From the NCBI GenBank assembly GCA_030604825.1, contig JAUVVB010000003.1, positions 4,224 to 68,223 on the forward strand: DNA of 64,000 nucleotides, given 5' to 3'. Both the position numbers and the translations under genes were made by a program. This stretch comes from Chloroflexota bacterium. GTDB taxonomy: Bacteria; Chloroflexota; Dehalococcoidia; E44-bin15. Each line of letters starts with the position of its first letter. Positions within the stretch are counted from its first letter, which is position 1. The notes beneath the pieces are model-generated. The model searched no databases, was not told the origin of the DNA, and was given only the letters and a program-made list of their open reading frames with translations. This document shows positions 44,210 through 54,148 of this stretch, piece after piece.

Positions 44210-45295
44210 GTGGACTTTATGGAGCGTGCTCTCTCTTTAGCCAGGCTCGCCCTGGGGCATTCCAGCCCCAACCCTGCAGTGGGGGCGGTGATCGTTGAGG
44301 ATGACACCATCATCGGCGAGGGCTATACCCAGCCCCCGGGCTCAGACCATGCTGAGGTGGTGGCGCTGAGGCAGGCGGGGGATAGGGCTCGGGGGGCAGC
44401 GATGCATATCACCCTTGAGCCCTGCTGCCATTTTGGGCGAACCCCTCCCTGCACCCGGGCCATCATCGCTGCCGGCATCGCCGAGGTTCATATCGCCGCC
44501 CTGGACCCGAATCCCTCGGTTTCAGGGCGGGGCAAAGAAGAACTGGAGACGGCGGGGATAAAGACCCATCTCGGTGAGCATGAGGAGGAGGCCCGCCAGC
44601 TCAACGAAGCCTATATCAAGTTCATCACCACCGGCCTTCCCTTCATCACCGCCAAGTTCGCCGTAAGCCTTGATGGCAGGATGGCCACCAGAACTGGCGA
44701 TTCCCGGTGGATCAGCGGGGAGCAGTCCCGACAGCGCGTTCATCAACTGCGCCAGGCGGTGGATGCCATCATGGTTGGGGTGAACACCATTGTCTTCGAC
44801 GACCCCCAGCTTACGGCAAGGGAGCAGGCAAAGCCCCTGGGGAGGCAACCCCTGAGGGTCATCGTCGATAGCGAAGGGCGCACCCCACCCCAGGCCAGGG
44901 TATTTGGGGAACCGGGAGGGACGATGGTAGCAGTAACCGAGGCTGCCCCGCCCGACAGGGTGGGCAGGCTTGAGCAGCTCGGGGCTCAGGTGCTGAAGTT
45001 TCCCGAAAGGGACGGACTGGTTGACCTGGAGGAGCTGCTCCGGGAACTGGGCAGAAGGGAGATCACCTGCCTTCTGGTGGAGGGCGGTGCCACCCTCCTC
45101 GGCTCCCTTTTCGACCAGGGGCTTGTGGATAAGGTCATTGCCTTTATCGCCCCTATCCTCATTGGGGGCAGGGAAGCCAGAGGGGTCGTTGGTGGAAAGG
45201 GGGCAGAAAAAATCGGCCATGCCCTCAGGTTGAGGCGGGTAATGGTGGAACGCCTTGGCGATGATGTGATGGTCGTTGGATATTTGGGAGGATAG
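44210..45295 (+). CDS. ribD: Riboflavin biosynthesis deaminase/reductase
   Basis: PNPAVG, HAE, LEPCCH, SLDG, VEGGA. Confidence 0.95.
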   Translation: MDFMERALSLARLALGHSSPNPAVGAVIVEDDTIIGEGYTQPPGSDHAEVVALRQAGDRARGAAMHITLEPCCHFGRTPPCTRAIIAAGIAEVHIAALDPNPSVSGRGKEELETAGIKTHLGEHEEEARQLNEAYIKFITTGLPFITAKFAVSLDGRMATRTGDSRWISGEQSRQRVHQLRQAVDAIMVGVNTIVFDDPQLTAREQAKPLGRQPLRVIVDSEGRTPPQARVFGEPGGTMVAVTEAAPPDRVGRLEQLGAQVLKFPERDGLVDLEELLRELGRREITCLLVEGGATLLGSLFDQGLVDKVIAFIAPILIGGREARGVVGGKGAEKIGHALRLRRVMVERLGDDVMVVGYLGG

Positions 45296-45297
45296 GG

Positions 45298-46005
45298 ATG
45301 TCACTGGTGGTGACGGTCTATGTGCCCAGCGGGATCGTGATGGCTGCTGATAGCCGGGTAACCGCCACCCGCAGGGAGGAGAGGAAGGAAGGGGAACAAA
45401 CCAGGGTGAGGGAGCAGCAGGTGGTGCTCTCCGATCAAGGCTTCAAGCTCATCGCCCTGGATACCCTCCCCATGGGCATCTCCTGTTTTGATACCGCTAT
45501 AATTGGCAATGAGCCTATCGACAGTCATATAAGAAGGTTTACCGAGCAGGCGCTGAGCGACCGGGATAAGGTGGCCGATGTGGCGGGGAAACTTGTCTCC
45601 TACTTCAGGGATCGCTTTGCCAATGTTCCGGTGGGCTTCCATGTCTGCGGCTATCAGGTGGAAAAGAACATGAGCGTCCCCTACGTTTATACCTGCCACA
45701 CCGTGAAGGAGATTTCACCGGCGCGAAGAAACGTCAACGAGCAGGGGAACGTGGTTTATGGCGTGACCTATAGCGGGGAAACATCGGTGCTTCTGCGGCT
45801 GATCACCAAGGAACATGCTCCCCTCTTCCCCGCCATGCCCCTTCAGGACGCCATCGACTACGCCATATACCTGATCAGGACAACCATCGAGACCTTGAGG
45901 TTTGAGCCCCGATTCCCTGGCGTCGGGGGGGCAATCGATGTACTGGTGATCGCCCCTCCGGGCAAGCTGAATTTCATCCAGAGGAAGGAGCTTCACGGAG
46001 GCTAG
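45298..46005 (+). CDS. Ntn-hydrolase / proteasome-beta-fold protein with N-terminal Ser
   Basis: M-S1-LVVTV...GIVMAADSR, K in FKL, SG, GVGGAIDV; inserted between ribD and ribE. Confidence 0.65.
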   Translation: MSLVVTVYVPSGIVMAADSRVTATRREERKEGEQTRVREQQVVLSDQGFKLIALDTLPMGISCFDTAIIGNEPIDSHIRRFTEQALSDRDKVADVAGKLVSYFRDRFANVPVGFHVCGYQVEKNMSVPYVYTCHTVKEISPARRNVNEQGNVVYGVTYSGETSVLLRLITKEHAPLFPAMPLQDAIDYAIYLIRTTIETLRFEPRFPGVGGAIDVLVIAPPGKLNFIQRKELHGG

Positions 46006-46635
46006 ATGTTCACCGGAATCGTGGAAGAGGTAGGCACCGTCATGGTGGCCCTTCCTGGCAAGCTTACAATTTCTGCCACCAGGGTCATTGAAGATACGAA
46101 AAAGGGCGATAGCATCGCCGTGAATGGGGCCTGCCTCACCGTCACTGCTCTTTGGGGCGAATCCTTTTCGGTGGATGTCATGCCTGAGACACTCAGGCGC
46201 ACCAATCTGGGCCGGCTTCGCCCTGGGGATAAGGTGAACCTGGAGCGCCCCTTGGCCCTGGGAGGTCGCCTGGGGGGGCATTTCGTCCAGGGACATGTCG
46301 ATGGTACGGGAAGGGTGCTCTCAACAACCAGAGAGAATGAGGCCCTCCTGTTGAACTTTGAAGCTCCCCAAGAGATAATGAGGTATATTGTTCGAAAAGG
46401 GTTTATCGCCGTGGATGGGGTGAGCCTCACCGTTATCCAATGCGATGACACCTTCTTCCAGGTATCCCTGGTCTCCTATACAGTGGAGAATACCAATCTT
46501 GGTGGCAGGAAAGCGGAGGATGTGGTAAATTTAGAGGTGGATATCATCGCCAAATATGTGGAGCGGCTGAGAGCTGAGCAAGGCTCGGCCATAACCGAGG
46601 AATTCCTGGCCGAGCATGGCTTCCTTTCCCGCTAG
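46006..46635 (+). CDS. ribE: Riboflavin synthase
   Basis: [34 protein letters not shown]. Confidence 0.96.
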   Translation: MFTGIVEEVGTVMVALPGKLTISATRVIEDTKKGDSIAVNGACLTVTALWGESFSVDVMPETLRRTNLGRLRPGDKVNLERPLALGGRLGGHFVQGHVDGTGRVLSTTRENEALLLNFEAPQEIMRYIVRKGFIAVDGVSLTVIQCDDTFFQVSLVSYTVENTNLGGRKAEDVVNLEVDIIAKYVERLRAEQGSAITEEFLAEHGFLSR

Positions 46636-46648
46636 CTTGGAGGTCAGT

Positions 46649-47869
46649 ATGGCGTTTGCCACAATTCCCGAGGCTATCGAAGATATTAAGGCGGGAAGGT
46701 TCCTCATCCTCGTTGACGATGAGGACCGGGAGAACGAAGGTGACCTGGTCATGGCGGCAGAGAAGGTCACCCCTGAGGCCATCAACTTCATGGCAAAGCA
46801 CGCCCGCGGGCTTATCTGCCTTCCCATTGAGGGGCAGAGGCTGGATGAGCTGGGAATCCCGATGATGGTGGGGTACAACACCTCAAAGCATGAAACAGCG
46901 TTCACCGTTTCCATAGAGGCAAAACACCGGGTGACTACCGGGATCTCGGCTCATGATAGGGCGGCCACCATCACGGCGGTACTCGACTCATCTACCAAGC
47001 CTGAAGACCTGGCTCGCCCCGGTCACACCTTCCCGCTGAGGGCCAGGGAGGGGGGAGTGCTGGTGAGGGTTGGTCATACTGAGGCCGTCGTGGACCTGGC
47101 AAGGCTCGCCGGTCTTTACCCCGCAGGGGTGATCTGTGAGATCATGAGCGAGGATGGCACCATGGCCCGCCTGCCAGAGCTTGAGGCCATGGCGCAGCGG
47201 TTCGGGATCAAGATGGTAACCATCACCGACCTCATTGCCTACAGGAGACGCCATGAGCGGCTGGTACGGCGCGTGGCTCAGGCAAGCTTGCCCACGAAGT
47301 ATGGAGAATTTACCGCCATTGCCTATAAGAGCACCATCGACCCCGATGAGCATGTGGCTCTGGTGAGGGGAGATATCTCAGGGGAGAAGCCAGTGCTGGT
47401 GCGAGTACATAGCGAGTGCCTCACCGGGGACATCTTCGGCAGCCTGCGCTGCGATTGCGGGGAGCAGATCGCCCTCGCCATGCAGGCCATCGCCAACGAG
47501 GGGGGGGGAGTCTTCCTCTATATGAGGCAGGAGGGAAGGGGGATCGGGCTGCATCACAAGATCCGTGCCTATGCCCTCCAGGATCAGGGGATGGACACCG
47601 TGGAGGCCAATGAATTGCTGGGCTTCCCCGCCGACCTTCGCGATTACGGCATTGGCGCCCAGATACTGGTTGATCTGGGCCTGAGGGAGATCCGCCTGCT
47701 CACCAACAATCCCAAGAAGGTGGTGGGCCTTGAGGGTTACGGGCTCAGGGTGGTGGAGACGGTGCCCCTCATCGCCACCCCAAACCCCATCAATATCCAC
47801 TACCTGAAGACGAAGCGGGATAAGATGGGGCACCATTTGGACATGAGACCGCTCGCTGATGAGGGGTAA
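46649..47869 (+). CDS. ribBA: DHBP synthase / GTP cyclohydrolase II
   Basis: [10 protein letters not shown]-type motif ([10 protein letters not shown]), [26 protein letters not shown]. Confidence 0.96.
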   Translation: MAFATIPEAIEDIKAGRFLILVDDEDRENEGDLVMAAEKVTPEAINFMAKHARGLICLPIEGQRLDELGIPMMVGYNTSKHETAFTVSIEAKHRVTTGISAHDRAATITAVLDSSTKPEDLARPGHTFPLRAREGGVLVRVGHTEAVVDLARLAGLYPAGVICEIMSEDGTMARLPELEAMAQRFGIKMVTITDLIAYRRRHERLVRRVAQASLPTKYGEFTAIAYKSTIDPDEHVALVRGDISGEKPVLVRVHSECLTGDIFGSLRCDCGEQIALAMQAIANEGGGVFLYMRQEGRGIGLHHKIRAYALQDQGMDTVEANELLGFPADLRDYGIGAQILVDLGLREIRLLTNNPKKVVGLEGYGLRVVETVPLIATPNPINIHYLKTKRDKMGHHLDMRPLADEG

Positions 47870-47899
47870 TAGATTTTCAAGATTCGAAAGGAGGTGAGC

Positions 47900-48364
47900 G
47901 TGAGCAAAAGCTATCAGGGTACGCTTCTGGGCGAGGGGCTGAGGTTTGGGGTGGTGATCTCCCGGTTCAACGAGTTCATCACCAAAAAGCTTCTGGAAGG
48001 GGCGGTGGACGCCTTGGTGCGCCACGGGGTTAAGGAAGGCGACATCGAGGTCGCCTGGACCCCGGGCTCCTTCGAGATCCCTCTCACCGCCAAGAAGATG
48101 GTGGAGACGGGAAGATATGCTGCAGTTATCTGTCTTGGGGCGGTGATCCGGGGAGGAACCCCCCACTTCGAATATATCGCCAGCGAGGTGACCAAGGGGA
48201 TTGCCAGGGTTGGCCTGGAGACGGGGATGCCCGTTATCTATGGTGTGATCACCGCCGATACCCTGGAGCAGGCCATCGAGAGGGCGGGCACCAAGATGGG
48301 CAATGCTGGCTTTGAGGCGGCGATGAGCGCTATCGAGATGGCGAACCTGCTGCGGACTCTATAG
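47900..48364 (+). CDS. ribH: 6,7-dimethyl-8-ribityllumazine synthase
   Basis: [22 protein letters not shown]. Confidence 0.96.
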   Translation: MSKSYQGTLLGEGLRFGVVISRFNEFITKKLLEGAVDALVRHGVKEGDIEVAWTPGSFEIPLTAKKMVETGRYAAVICLGAVIRGGTPHFEYIASEVTKGIARVGLETGMPVIYGVITADTLEQAIERAGTKMGNAGFEAAMSAIEMANLLRTL

Positions 48365-48390
48365 CCTCAACCCCTGGCCAAAAGGGCGGC

Positions 48391-48645
48391 CTATTCGGTG
48401 ACCTTATATACCTGGTCGCCTCGCCTCACCCGATCCGGGACCTTGATCCCCACCGAATCCCCTGCCTTTGCCTCCTTGACATCCACGTTGTTGATCTGCA
48501 TCGAGTCAACGATGATCTCAAGGTCGGTGGTGTATCCCTTGATGTGGATCTTGTCCCCCAGCTTGAGGGGAGCGGTGAGCTCGATCCCGGCCACCACCGG
48601 CCTGGCAAAGAAGTCGCTTACCCTGCCGACTTCCTCCTCCGCCAT
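48391..48645 (-). CDS. Small beta-barrel protein (translation elongation factor domain-II-like / U32 C-terminal-like)
   Basis: VGRVSDFF..PVVAGIEL, LKLGDKIHIKG, SMQI, GDSVGIKV. Confidence 0.75.
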   Translation of the reverse strand: MAEEEVGRVSDFFARPVVAGIELTAPLKLGDKIHIKGYTTDLEIIVDSMQINNVDVKEAKAGDSVGIKVPDRVRRGDQVYKVTE

Positions 48646-48723
48646 CTGGGCCCTCCCTTTTTGAATTTTGGGCTAGTATACCTGTTTCCCATTGCTAAAT
48701 CAATACCCTCTCCAGAAAGCCCC

Positions 48724-48752
48724 TTGACACTGGCATTTCACCATCTTATAAT
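48724..48752 (+). promoter_or_regulatory. Perfect sigma70 promoter of dinB
   Basis: TTGACA-17 nt-TATAAT. Confidence 0.8.
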
Positions 48753-48757
48753 GGAAT

Positions 48758-48771
48758 AGAACATATGTGCG
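48758..48771. promoter_or_regulatory. Putative LexA (SOS) box
   Basis: aGAAC-ATAT-GTGCg, one mismatch to GAAC-N4-GTTC; overlaps the predicted +1 and the ATG. Confidence 0.6.
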
Positions 48772-50165
48772 ATAACGGGCAAAACATCCTTCACGTTGAC
48801 CTAGATGCCTTTTTCGTCTCCGTGGAGCAGGCGCTAGACCCCCAGCTTATGGGCAAGCCGGTGGTGGTTGGTGGCAGGCCTGGGCTTCGGGGTGTAGTTG
48901 CCTCTGCCTCCTACGAGGCGAGGGCCTATGGAATTCATGCCGGAATGCCCCTCGCCCGGGCCCATCGCTTCTGCCCCCATGCCATCTTCCTCAAGGGTAG
49001 CTTCCCTCGCTATCAGCACGCCTCGGAGAGGTTCATCATAATCCTGGGCGATTTCACCCCTGAGCTTGAGCCCGCGGGGATCGATGAGGCGTACCTTGAC
49101 CTTACCGGCTTCGAATCCCTGTATGGCCCTGCCTGGGAGACGGCGCTACGCATAAAACAGAGGATAAAGGAAGAAATAGGGATCACCGCCTCCATTGGCA
49201 TTGGCAGCTCGAAGCTGATGGCCAAGGTTGCCTCCCAGCTGGCAAAGCCCGATGGAGTGCTGGAGGTAGCTCCCGGAGAGGAGCGGCCTTTCCTCGCCCC
49301 GCTGCCCGTTGGCATGCTGCCCTGCGTGGGGCCGAAGACGGAAAGGGTGCTCAAGGGGATGGGAGTTACCACCATCGGGGGGCTAGCCGATCTGCCAGCT
49401 TCCCTTTTAAAAGGCAGGTTTGGCCTCTTGGGAGAGATGATCCATCGCTATGCTAGGGGCATCGATGAAAGGGAGGTGGAGCCCCCTCCCGCTGCCAAGT
49501 CCATTGGCCGGGAGACCACCTTTATCCAGGATACCCTGGATCGCCCCTTCCTGGGGGCGATGTTGCATTACCTCAGCGAAAGGGTAGGTGCTGAGCTGCG
49601 CCGTGATGGGAGGAGGGCGAGACACATCACCCTGAAGCTGAGGTATGCCGATTTCGATACCATCACCCGCAGCCGCACCCTGAGGCAGGCAACGGATGCT
49701 GACAGGGTGATCTTCGATGCCGCGCTTGAGCTCATGGAGAGGTGCCTCTGTCACAAGCGGCAGAAGGTGCGCCTTGTTGGCATCGGGGTATCGGGCTTGG
49801 TGGATGAGGGCAGTCAGCTCAGTTTTTTGGATTCCCCTGCGGAGCGCTGGCGACGCCTGGATACGGTCATTGACCGCATCCGCAGCAGGTATGGCTTCAC
49901 CGCCATCCACAGGGGGAGGACCCTGCTCCTCCAGATTCTCCCGGGAACGCCTCTAAGCCTTGCGCCTGCCGGTGAGCTCGGCGGTCCTCTCCCGGTGGCT
50001 CTTGCCCGCCAGGCGGGCGATGCCCCACTCGGTTATCACCATGTCGGCGAAGTGTCTTGGTATGGTCACCAGGGAACCCTCATCGAGCTGGGGAACGATG
50101 GTAAAACGACCATAAATGGTGGAGCGGAGCAGGGTTACGGCGCGACCCCGCAAGTAGGTATCTGA
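48765..50165 (+). CDS. dinB: DNA polymerase IV with aberrant C-terminal extension
   Basis: HVDLDAFFVSVE, ASYEAR, IDEAYLD, QLSFL clamp motif (49815-49829); the last ~75 aa read through an antisense relic. Confidence 0.9.
   Translation: MCDNGQNILHVDLDAFFVSVEQALDPQLMGKPVVVGGRPGLRGVVASASYEARAYGIHAGMPLARAHRFCPHAIFLKGSFPRYQHASERFIIILGDFTPELEPAGIDEAYLDLTGFESLYGPAWETALRIKQRIKEEIGITASIGIGSSKLMAKVASQLAKPDGVLEVAPGEERPFLAPLPVGMLPCVGPKTERVLKGMGVTTIGGLADLPASLLKGRFGLLGEMIHRYARGIDEREVEPPPAAKSIGRETTFIQDTLDRPFLGAMLHYLSERVGAELRRDGRRARHITLKLRYADFDTITRSRTLRQATDADRVIFDAALELMERCLCHKRQKVRLVGIGVSGLVDEGSQLSFLDSPAERWRRLDTVIDRIRSRYGFTAIHRGRTLLLQILPGTPLSLAPAGELGGPLPVALARQAGDAPLGYHHVGEVSWYGHQGTLIELGNDGKTTINGGAEQGYGATPQVGI
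49953..50150 (-). pseudogene. Relic of acetyl-CoA hydrolase / 4-hydroxybutyrate CoA-transferase C-terminal domain
   Basis: GRAVTLLRST...IVPQLDEGSLVTIPRHFADMVITEWGIARLAGKSHRER; lacks the N-terminus and the AHPDF end. Confidence 0.75.
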
Positions 50166-50338
50166 GGATTTAACCCATACCAATTCTGTAATCCATTGGT
50201 CGCATTGGTTTGCCCAGTTTCCCTGGGATAAGCCTAAGACCAAATTCCTAACTTTTTGAGTACTAATAGAGTATTGTCAATATTCTTATCGAGGGTTATC
50301 ATATTTTTAGAAGAATTCTTAAGTGGATAGGGAGTCAA

Positions 50339-50815
50339 ATGGCTGCATTAAGCGACAAAACGGGGACGACAACGATTGACAAGATCTCGCCAGCGCTGAT
50401 GATCAAAAGGGAGGACCTGGATGATCTCTACACTGAGTGGCTCCGCGTGCCTGAGTGGATTAGAGCCCATGCCTCCATCACACGGCCTGTCCATCGCTAT
50501 GAAGGGGTGCTGACCCTCGAGGATCATTGCCTGGTTTTCCAGGGTCGGGATATAAAAGAGCGAAACGGCTTCAAGGAGGTGATACCCCTCGACAGTATCA
50601 CCAAGATTTCCTTGGGCTTCAATTCCTCCTCTCGCCTTGTAAAGCTGCAGCCCATCATCATCCATTACCAGACCGACGATGGTGTTCAGATAGCCTACCT
50701 GTATAGTGACTTCAATCGTGAAACTGGCATAGCCTACGGTAACCAAGATTGGTATGAGATATTAAAAGGGTATGTAGACAGCCGTGGAGCCGTCCATGCC
50801 CCGTCAATGAGATAG
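50339..50815 (+). CDS. Hypothetical protein (possible PH-like fold)
   Basis: GGGAG RBS; beta-strand pattern G.LTL....LVF, IPLDSI, terminal helix. Confidence 0.6.
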   Translation: MAALSDKTGTTTIDKISPALMIKREDLDDLYTEWLRVPEWIRAHASITRPVHRYEGVLTLEDHCLVFQGRDIKERNGFKEVIPLDSITKISLGFNSSSRLVKLQPIIIHYQTDDGVQIAYLYSDFNRETGIAYGNQDWYEILKGYVDSRGAVHAPSMR

Positions 50816-50973
50816 GACGTTTACTGCATAGAGGTTCCCCCGTCAACGCTCCCCAGACAGGTAGCTCTTCCCTTGCTGCCAAATAAGCATCGGTGTACAA
50901 TAAGGTCGGCTGATGAGATTCGAATGATGAGGCGAGTGATGGATTTCCCAGCAGGTCGAGGCGGTAGGGGACG

Positions 50974-51660
50974 ATGTTAAAGGGATTCTTGATCGCTATA
51001 GGTGTGATTGTCGTTTTGGTGTTCATCGTTGGTGGAGTGGGTTACTATTTGGTTACCCGACCTCCAGAGATAGCAAAAGAGATGCGGCCGGTGGAGGTGA
51101 GCACCGAGGACGCCCAAAGTTTTGACCAGAAACTTGAAGCCTTTAGGGCAGAGGTGGAGGCGGCTGCGGCCGGGGAAGAGGTAAAGTTGATAATCACGGA
51201 GGAAGAGCTTACCTCCAAGGTTAGCGCTAGTATAGAGAAGCTGGTGGAGGATGCTGATCTCCCTTTGGGGGTGAGCGACATTCAGATCAACTTCAGCATG
51301 GGGAGTGCGTATCTGCTGATTACCGCCACGGTTGATTATGAAGGCGCTGCGCCACCGGTTCAGGCGGGGGCGGAAGTGGAGATAGACATCATAGAGGCTG
51401 ATGGTGGTGACAGATTGCTTCAATACACGGTCAACACGCTTAGTCTCGGTGCCCTGCCCGACTGGGCGCAGCGGGCGATCAGGGATATTTTGCTTCCAGA
51501 AGGGATGTCAGGGGCTGTAGCCTTCAGCGAGCTTCCGCAGGAGCTCTGGGGGCTAGATCTGGAAGATTTACCCATCGTCCTGAACGAGGTTTACACCCTG
51601 GAGACGGAAGAGAGAAATCAGCTAGTGTTCTCAGGGATAGCGGTTTCAGAGACGAATTGA
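50974..51660 (+). CDS. Membrane-anchored acidic hypothetical protein
   Basis: N-terminal TM helix; acidic ectodomain. Confidence 0.65.
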   Translation: MLKGFLIAIGVIVVLVFIVGGVGYYLVTRPPEIAKEMRPVEVSTEDAQSFDQKLEAFRAEVEAAAAGEEVKLIITEEELTSKVSASIEKLVEDADLPLGVSDIQINFSMGSAYLLITATVDYEGAAPPVQAGAEVEIDIIEADGGDRLLQYTVNTLSLGALPDWAQRAIRDILLPEGMSGAVAFSELPQELWGLDLEDLPIVLNEVYTLETEERNQLVFSGIAVSETN

Positions 51661-51886
51661 TGGATTTTTGCCCTCTAGAACAGCGCAGCCGCTCTGCTCA
51701 CCCCAAGGGTAACAGTCATGCCACCTGCCCTTTCACCGTTTCTTCCCTACAGAACTTCAGGCTCGCTGCCTGACGCCCGGCAAGGGTTCTGCCATATGCG
51801 CTCCTCCAGGTTTTCCTTGACAGTGAAAAGGGGCGGTGATATAGTTTATCCCAGGAAAATGACCCTGGTTTCCACATGGAGGGAGG

Positions 51887-53629
51887 ATGTTCGAGAAGGA
51901 AAGGATAGAGGAGATTGAGAGGAGAAGGAAGGAGTGGGAGGAGGGGGTGCTTAAGCGCACCCTGGAGAAGTTTGGGATGAAGGTGAGTCCCAACCGGGTC
52001 TACACCCCCGCCGATGTAAAGGATTTCGATTTCCTGGAGAAGGTGGGATTCCCCGGCGAATACCCCTTCACCACCTCGGAATATCCTTCCAATTTGCCTG
52101 CCCTCAGGATCAGGGGTGGGGTGAGTGCCGTGCTGGTGCGGGCGGCGAGGTATTCCGGCTATGGTGCCCCGGAGGATACCAGGGACTACTATAACCACAT
52201 GCGGGAAGCCCTTGGCCGGCGGGGTGGTCCCAATATCGCCTTCGACCTTCCCACCCAGTGTGGCTACGATTCCGATGACCTGGTGGCCCGGGGCGAGGTG
52301 GGGAAGGTGGGGGTGACGGTGGACACGCTGAGGGATTTTGAGGTGATATATGAGGCCTTCGTCGGGGATAACGACCTGGACAAGATAGCCTCCAACTGGA
52401 CGATAAATGCCCCCTGCAACATCATATTGGCGATGTATCTCGCGCTGGCGGAGAAGAGGGGGATACCGATAGATAGGCTGAGGGGGACGCCTCAGAACGA
52501 CATCCTAAAGGAATTTGTGGCCCGGGGGACATATATCTTTCCTGCCCGGCCATCGATGAGGATGATCAGGGATACCATCACCTACTGCACCGAGCACATG
52601 CCGCTGATGAACAGCATAAGCATCTGTGGCTATCATATGAGGGAGGCAGGGGCTATCCCCATCCAGATGGTGGCCTTCACCCTCTGTAATGCCATGGCCT
52701 ATGTTCAGCTGGGGGTGGATGCTGGGCTTGACGTTGACACCTTCATGCGCCGCTTCACCTTCCTCGTCTGGAGCACGGGCATGGATTTCTTCAAGGAGAT
52801 CGCCCGGGCGCGGGCGGCGAGGAGGATATGGGCCAAGATCATGAGGGAGAGGTTTGGCGCTGAGGATCCCAGGAGCTGGATGCTGCGGGGTGCTGGTGGG
52901 GTGGGTGTTCCCACTCACACCTTAACCCTGCAGCGACCGCTCAATAACGTGACGCGAAATGTCATCATTGGCATCGGCAACGCCCTTTCTGGGGGTGTCC
53001 CCACCGGTGGCGTTCCCTACGATGAGCCCCTGGGGCTGGGGCACAGCCTGGAGGCAGAACAGCTTTCCATCGATGCGGGGAGGATATTGCAGTTTGAGGC
53101 CAAGCTGGGGGATGTAATTGACCCCCTGGCCGGCTCCTACTATGTGGAGCACTTGACCGATCGGGCTGAGGAGGAGATCTGGGACATCATCCAAAGGATC
53201 GATGCCATGGGTGGCGCTGTAGCCGCCATCGAGAGCGGCTACATGCAGCGGGAGATCGCCAGGGGTGCCTACGAATATCAGCGGCAGGTGGAGATGGGGG
53301 AGAGGGTGATCGTTGGCGTAAACCGTTTCACCGGTGAGCAGGAGCTGGAGGTGCTCACCCACCGACTGGTGGAACACCCCTATGATCCCAAGAAGAGGGC
53401 GGAGGCAGAGGAGAGGCAGCTTAAGAATCTGGCCCAGGTGAAGGGGGCGCGGGATAATGGGCAGGTTCAGGCGACCCTGAAGCGGCTAAAGGAAGAGGCC
53501 GGGGACGAAAAGGCAAATCTCATCCCCCCCATTCTAGAGGCGGTGAAGGCCTATGCCTCCGTCGGCGAGATGTGTAATGTGTTGAGGGAGGTCTTTGGGG
53601 AATACCAGGCCTATAACGTGACCGCTTAG
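51887..53629 (+). CDS. AdoB12-dependent acyl-CoA mutase, large (catalytic) subunit, divergent
   Basis: FPGEYPF, AFDLPTQ.GYDSD, QNDILKEF, GYHMREAG, DPLAGSYYVE, VGVNRF. Confidence 0.92.
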   Translation: MFEKERIEEIERRRKEWEEGVLKRTLEKFGMKVSPNRVYTPADVKDFDFLEKVGFPGEYPFTTSEYPSNLPALRIRGGVSAVLVRAARYSGYGAPEDTRDYYNHMREALGRRGGPNIAFDLPTQCGYDSDDLVARGEVGKVGVTVDTLRDFEVIYEAFVGDNDLDKIASNWTINAPCNIILAMYLALAEKRGIPIDRLRGTPQNDILKEFVARGTYIFPARPSMRMIRDTITYCTEHMPLMNSISICGYHMREAGAIPIQMVAFTLCNAMAYVQLGVDAGLDVDTFMRRFTFLVWSTGMDFFKEIARARAARRIWAKIMRERFGAEDPRSWMLRGAGGVGVPTHTLTLQRPLNNVTRNVIIGIGNALSGGVPTGGVPYDEPLGLGHSLEAEQLSIDAGRILQFEAKLGDVIDPLAGSYYVEHLTDRAEEEIWDIIQRIDAMGGAVAAIESGYMQREIARGAYEYQRQVEMGERVIVGVNRFTGEQELEVLTHRLVEHPYDPKKRAEAEERQLKNLAQVKGARDNGQVQATLKRLKEEAGDEKANLIPPILEAVKAYASVGEMCNVLREVFGEYQAYNVTA

Positions 53630-53716
53630 GTCGCTGGGGACAGGGGGCTACCTCGATTGTGGGGAGATCTGGGCATCTGCCCCTCTTTGTTTGCCCAATA
53701 AAAAGGAGGAGCTCTG

Positions 53717-54124
53717 ATGACCGAGGAGAAAAGGATCAGGATGTTGATGGCAAAGCCGGGCCTTGATGGCCACGACCGCGGGGCTAGGGTGTTGACCCTG
53801 GGGTTGAGGGATGAGGGGATGGAGGTGATCTACACCGGGCTGAGGCAAAGCCCGGACAAGATAGCCCAGGCGGCGATCCAGGAAGATGTGGATGTGGTGG
53901 GTATGAGCTGCCTTTCTGGGGCCCATAACTACCTCTTCCCCGCGGTGTTGGAGAAGTTGAGGGAATCGGGGGCGGAGGACGTGCTGGTAATTGGCGGAGG
54001 AATTATCCCTAAGGAGGACATCCCCTTCCTCCAGGAGAAGGGGGTCAGCGCCGTCTTCGGCCCGGGGACGCCGATCAAGGAGATCGCGGACTACATTAGG
54101 GAAAACGTGAAGCGGAAGGCGTAG
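53717..54124 (+). CDS. Acyl-CoA mutase cobalamin-binding small subunit
   Basis: [21 protein letters not shown]. Confidence 0.95.
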   Translation: MTEEKRIRMLMAKPGLDGHDRGARVLTLGLRDEGMEVIYTGLRQSPDKIAQAAIQEDVDVVGMSCLSGAHNYLFPAVLEKLRESGAEDVLVIGGGIIPKEDIPFLQEKGVSAVFGPGTPIKEIADYIRENVKRKA

Positions 54125-54148
54125 GCGGATTTGGAGGTTTCACCGATA

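Noticed and set aside
51661-51886. Cobalamin riboswitch upstream of the mutase
   Set aside because: I could not find the conserved B12-box or GGGAA/GCCACTG core on either strand; a covariance-model search would be needed to exclude it fully.
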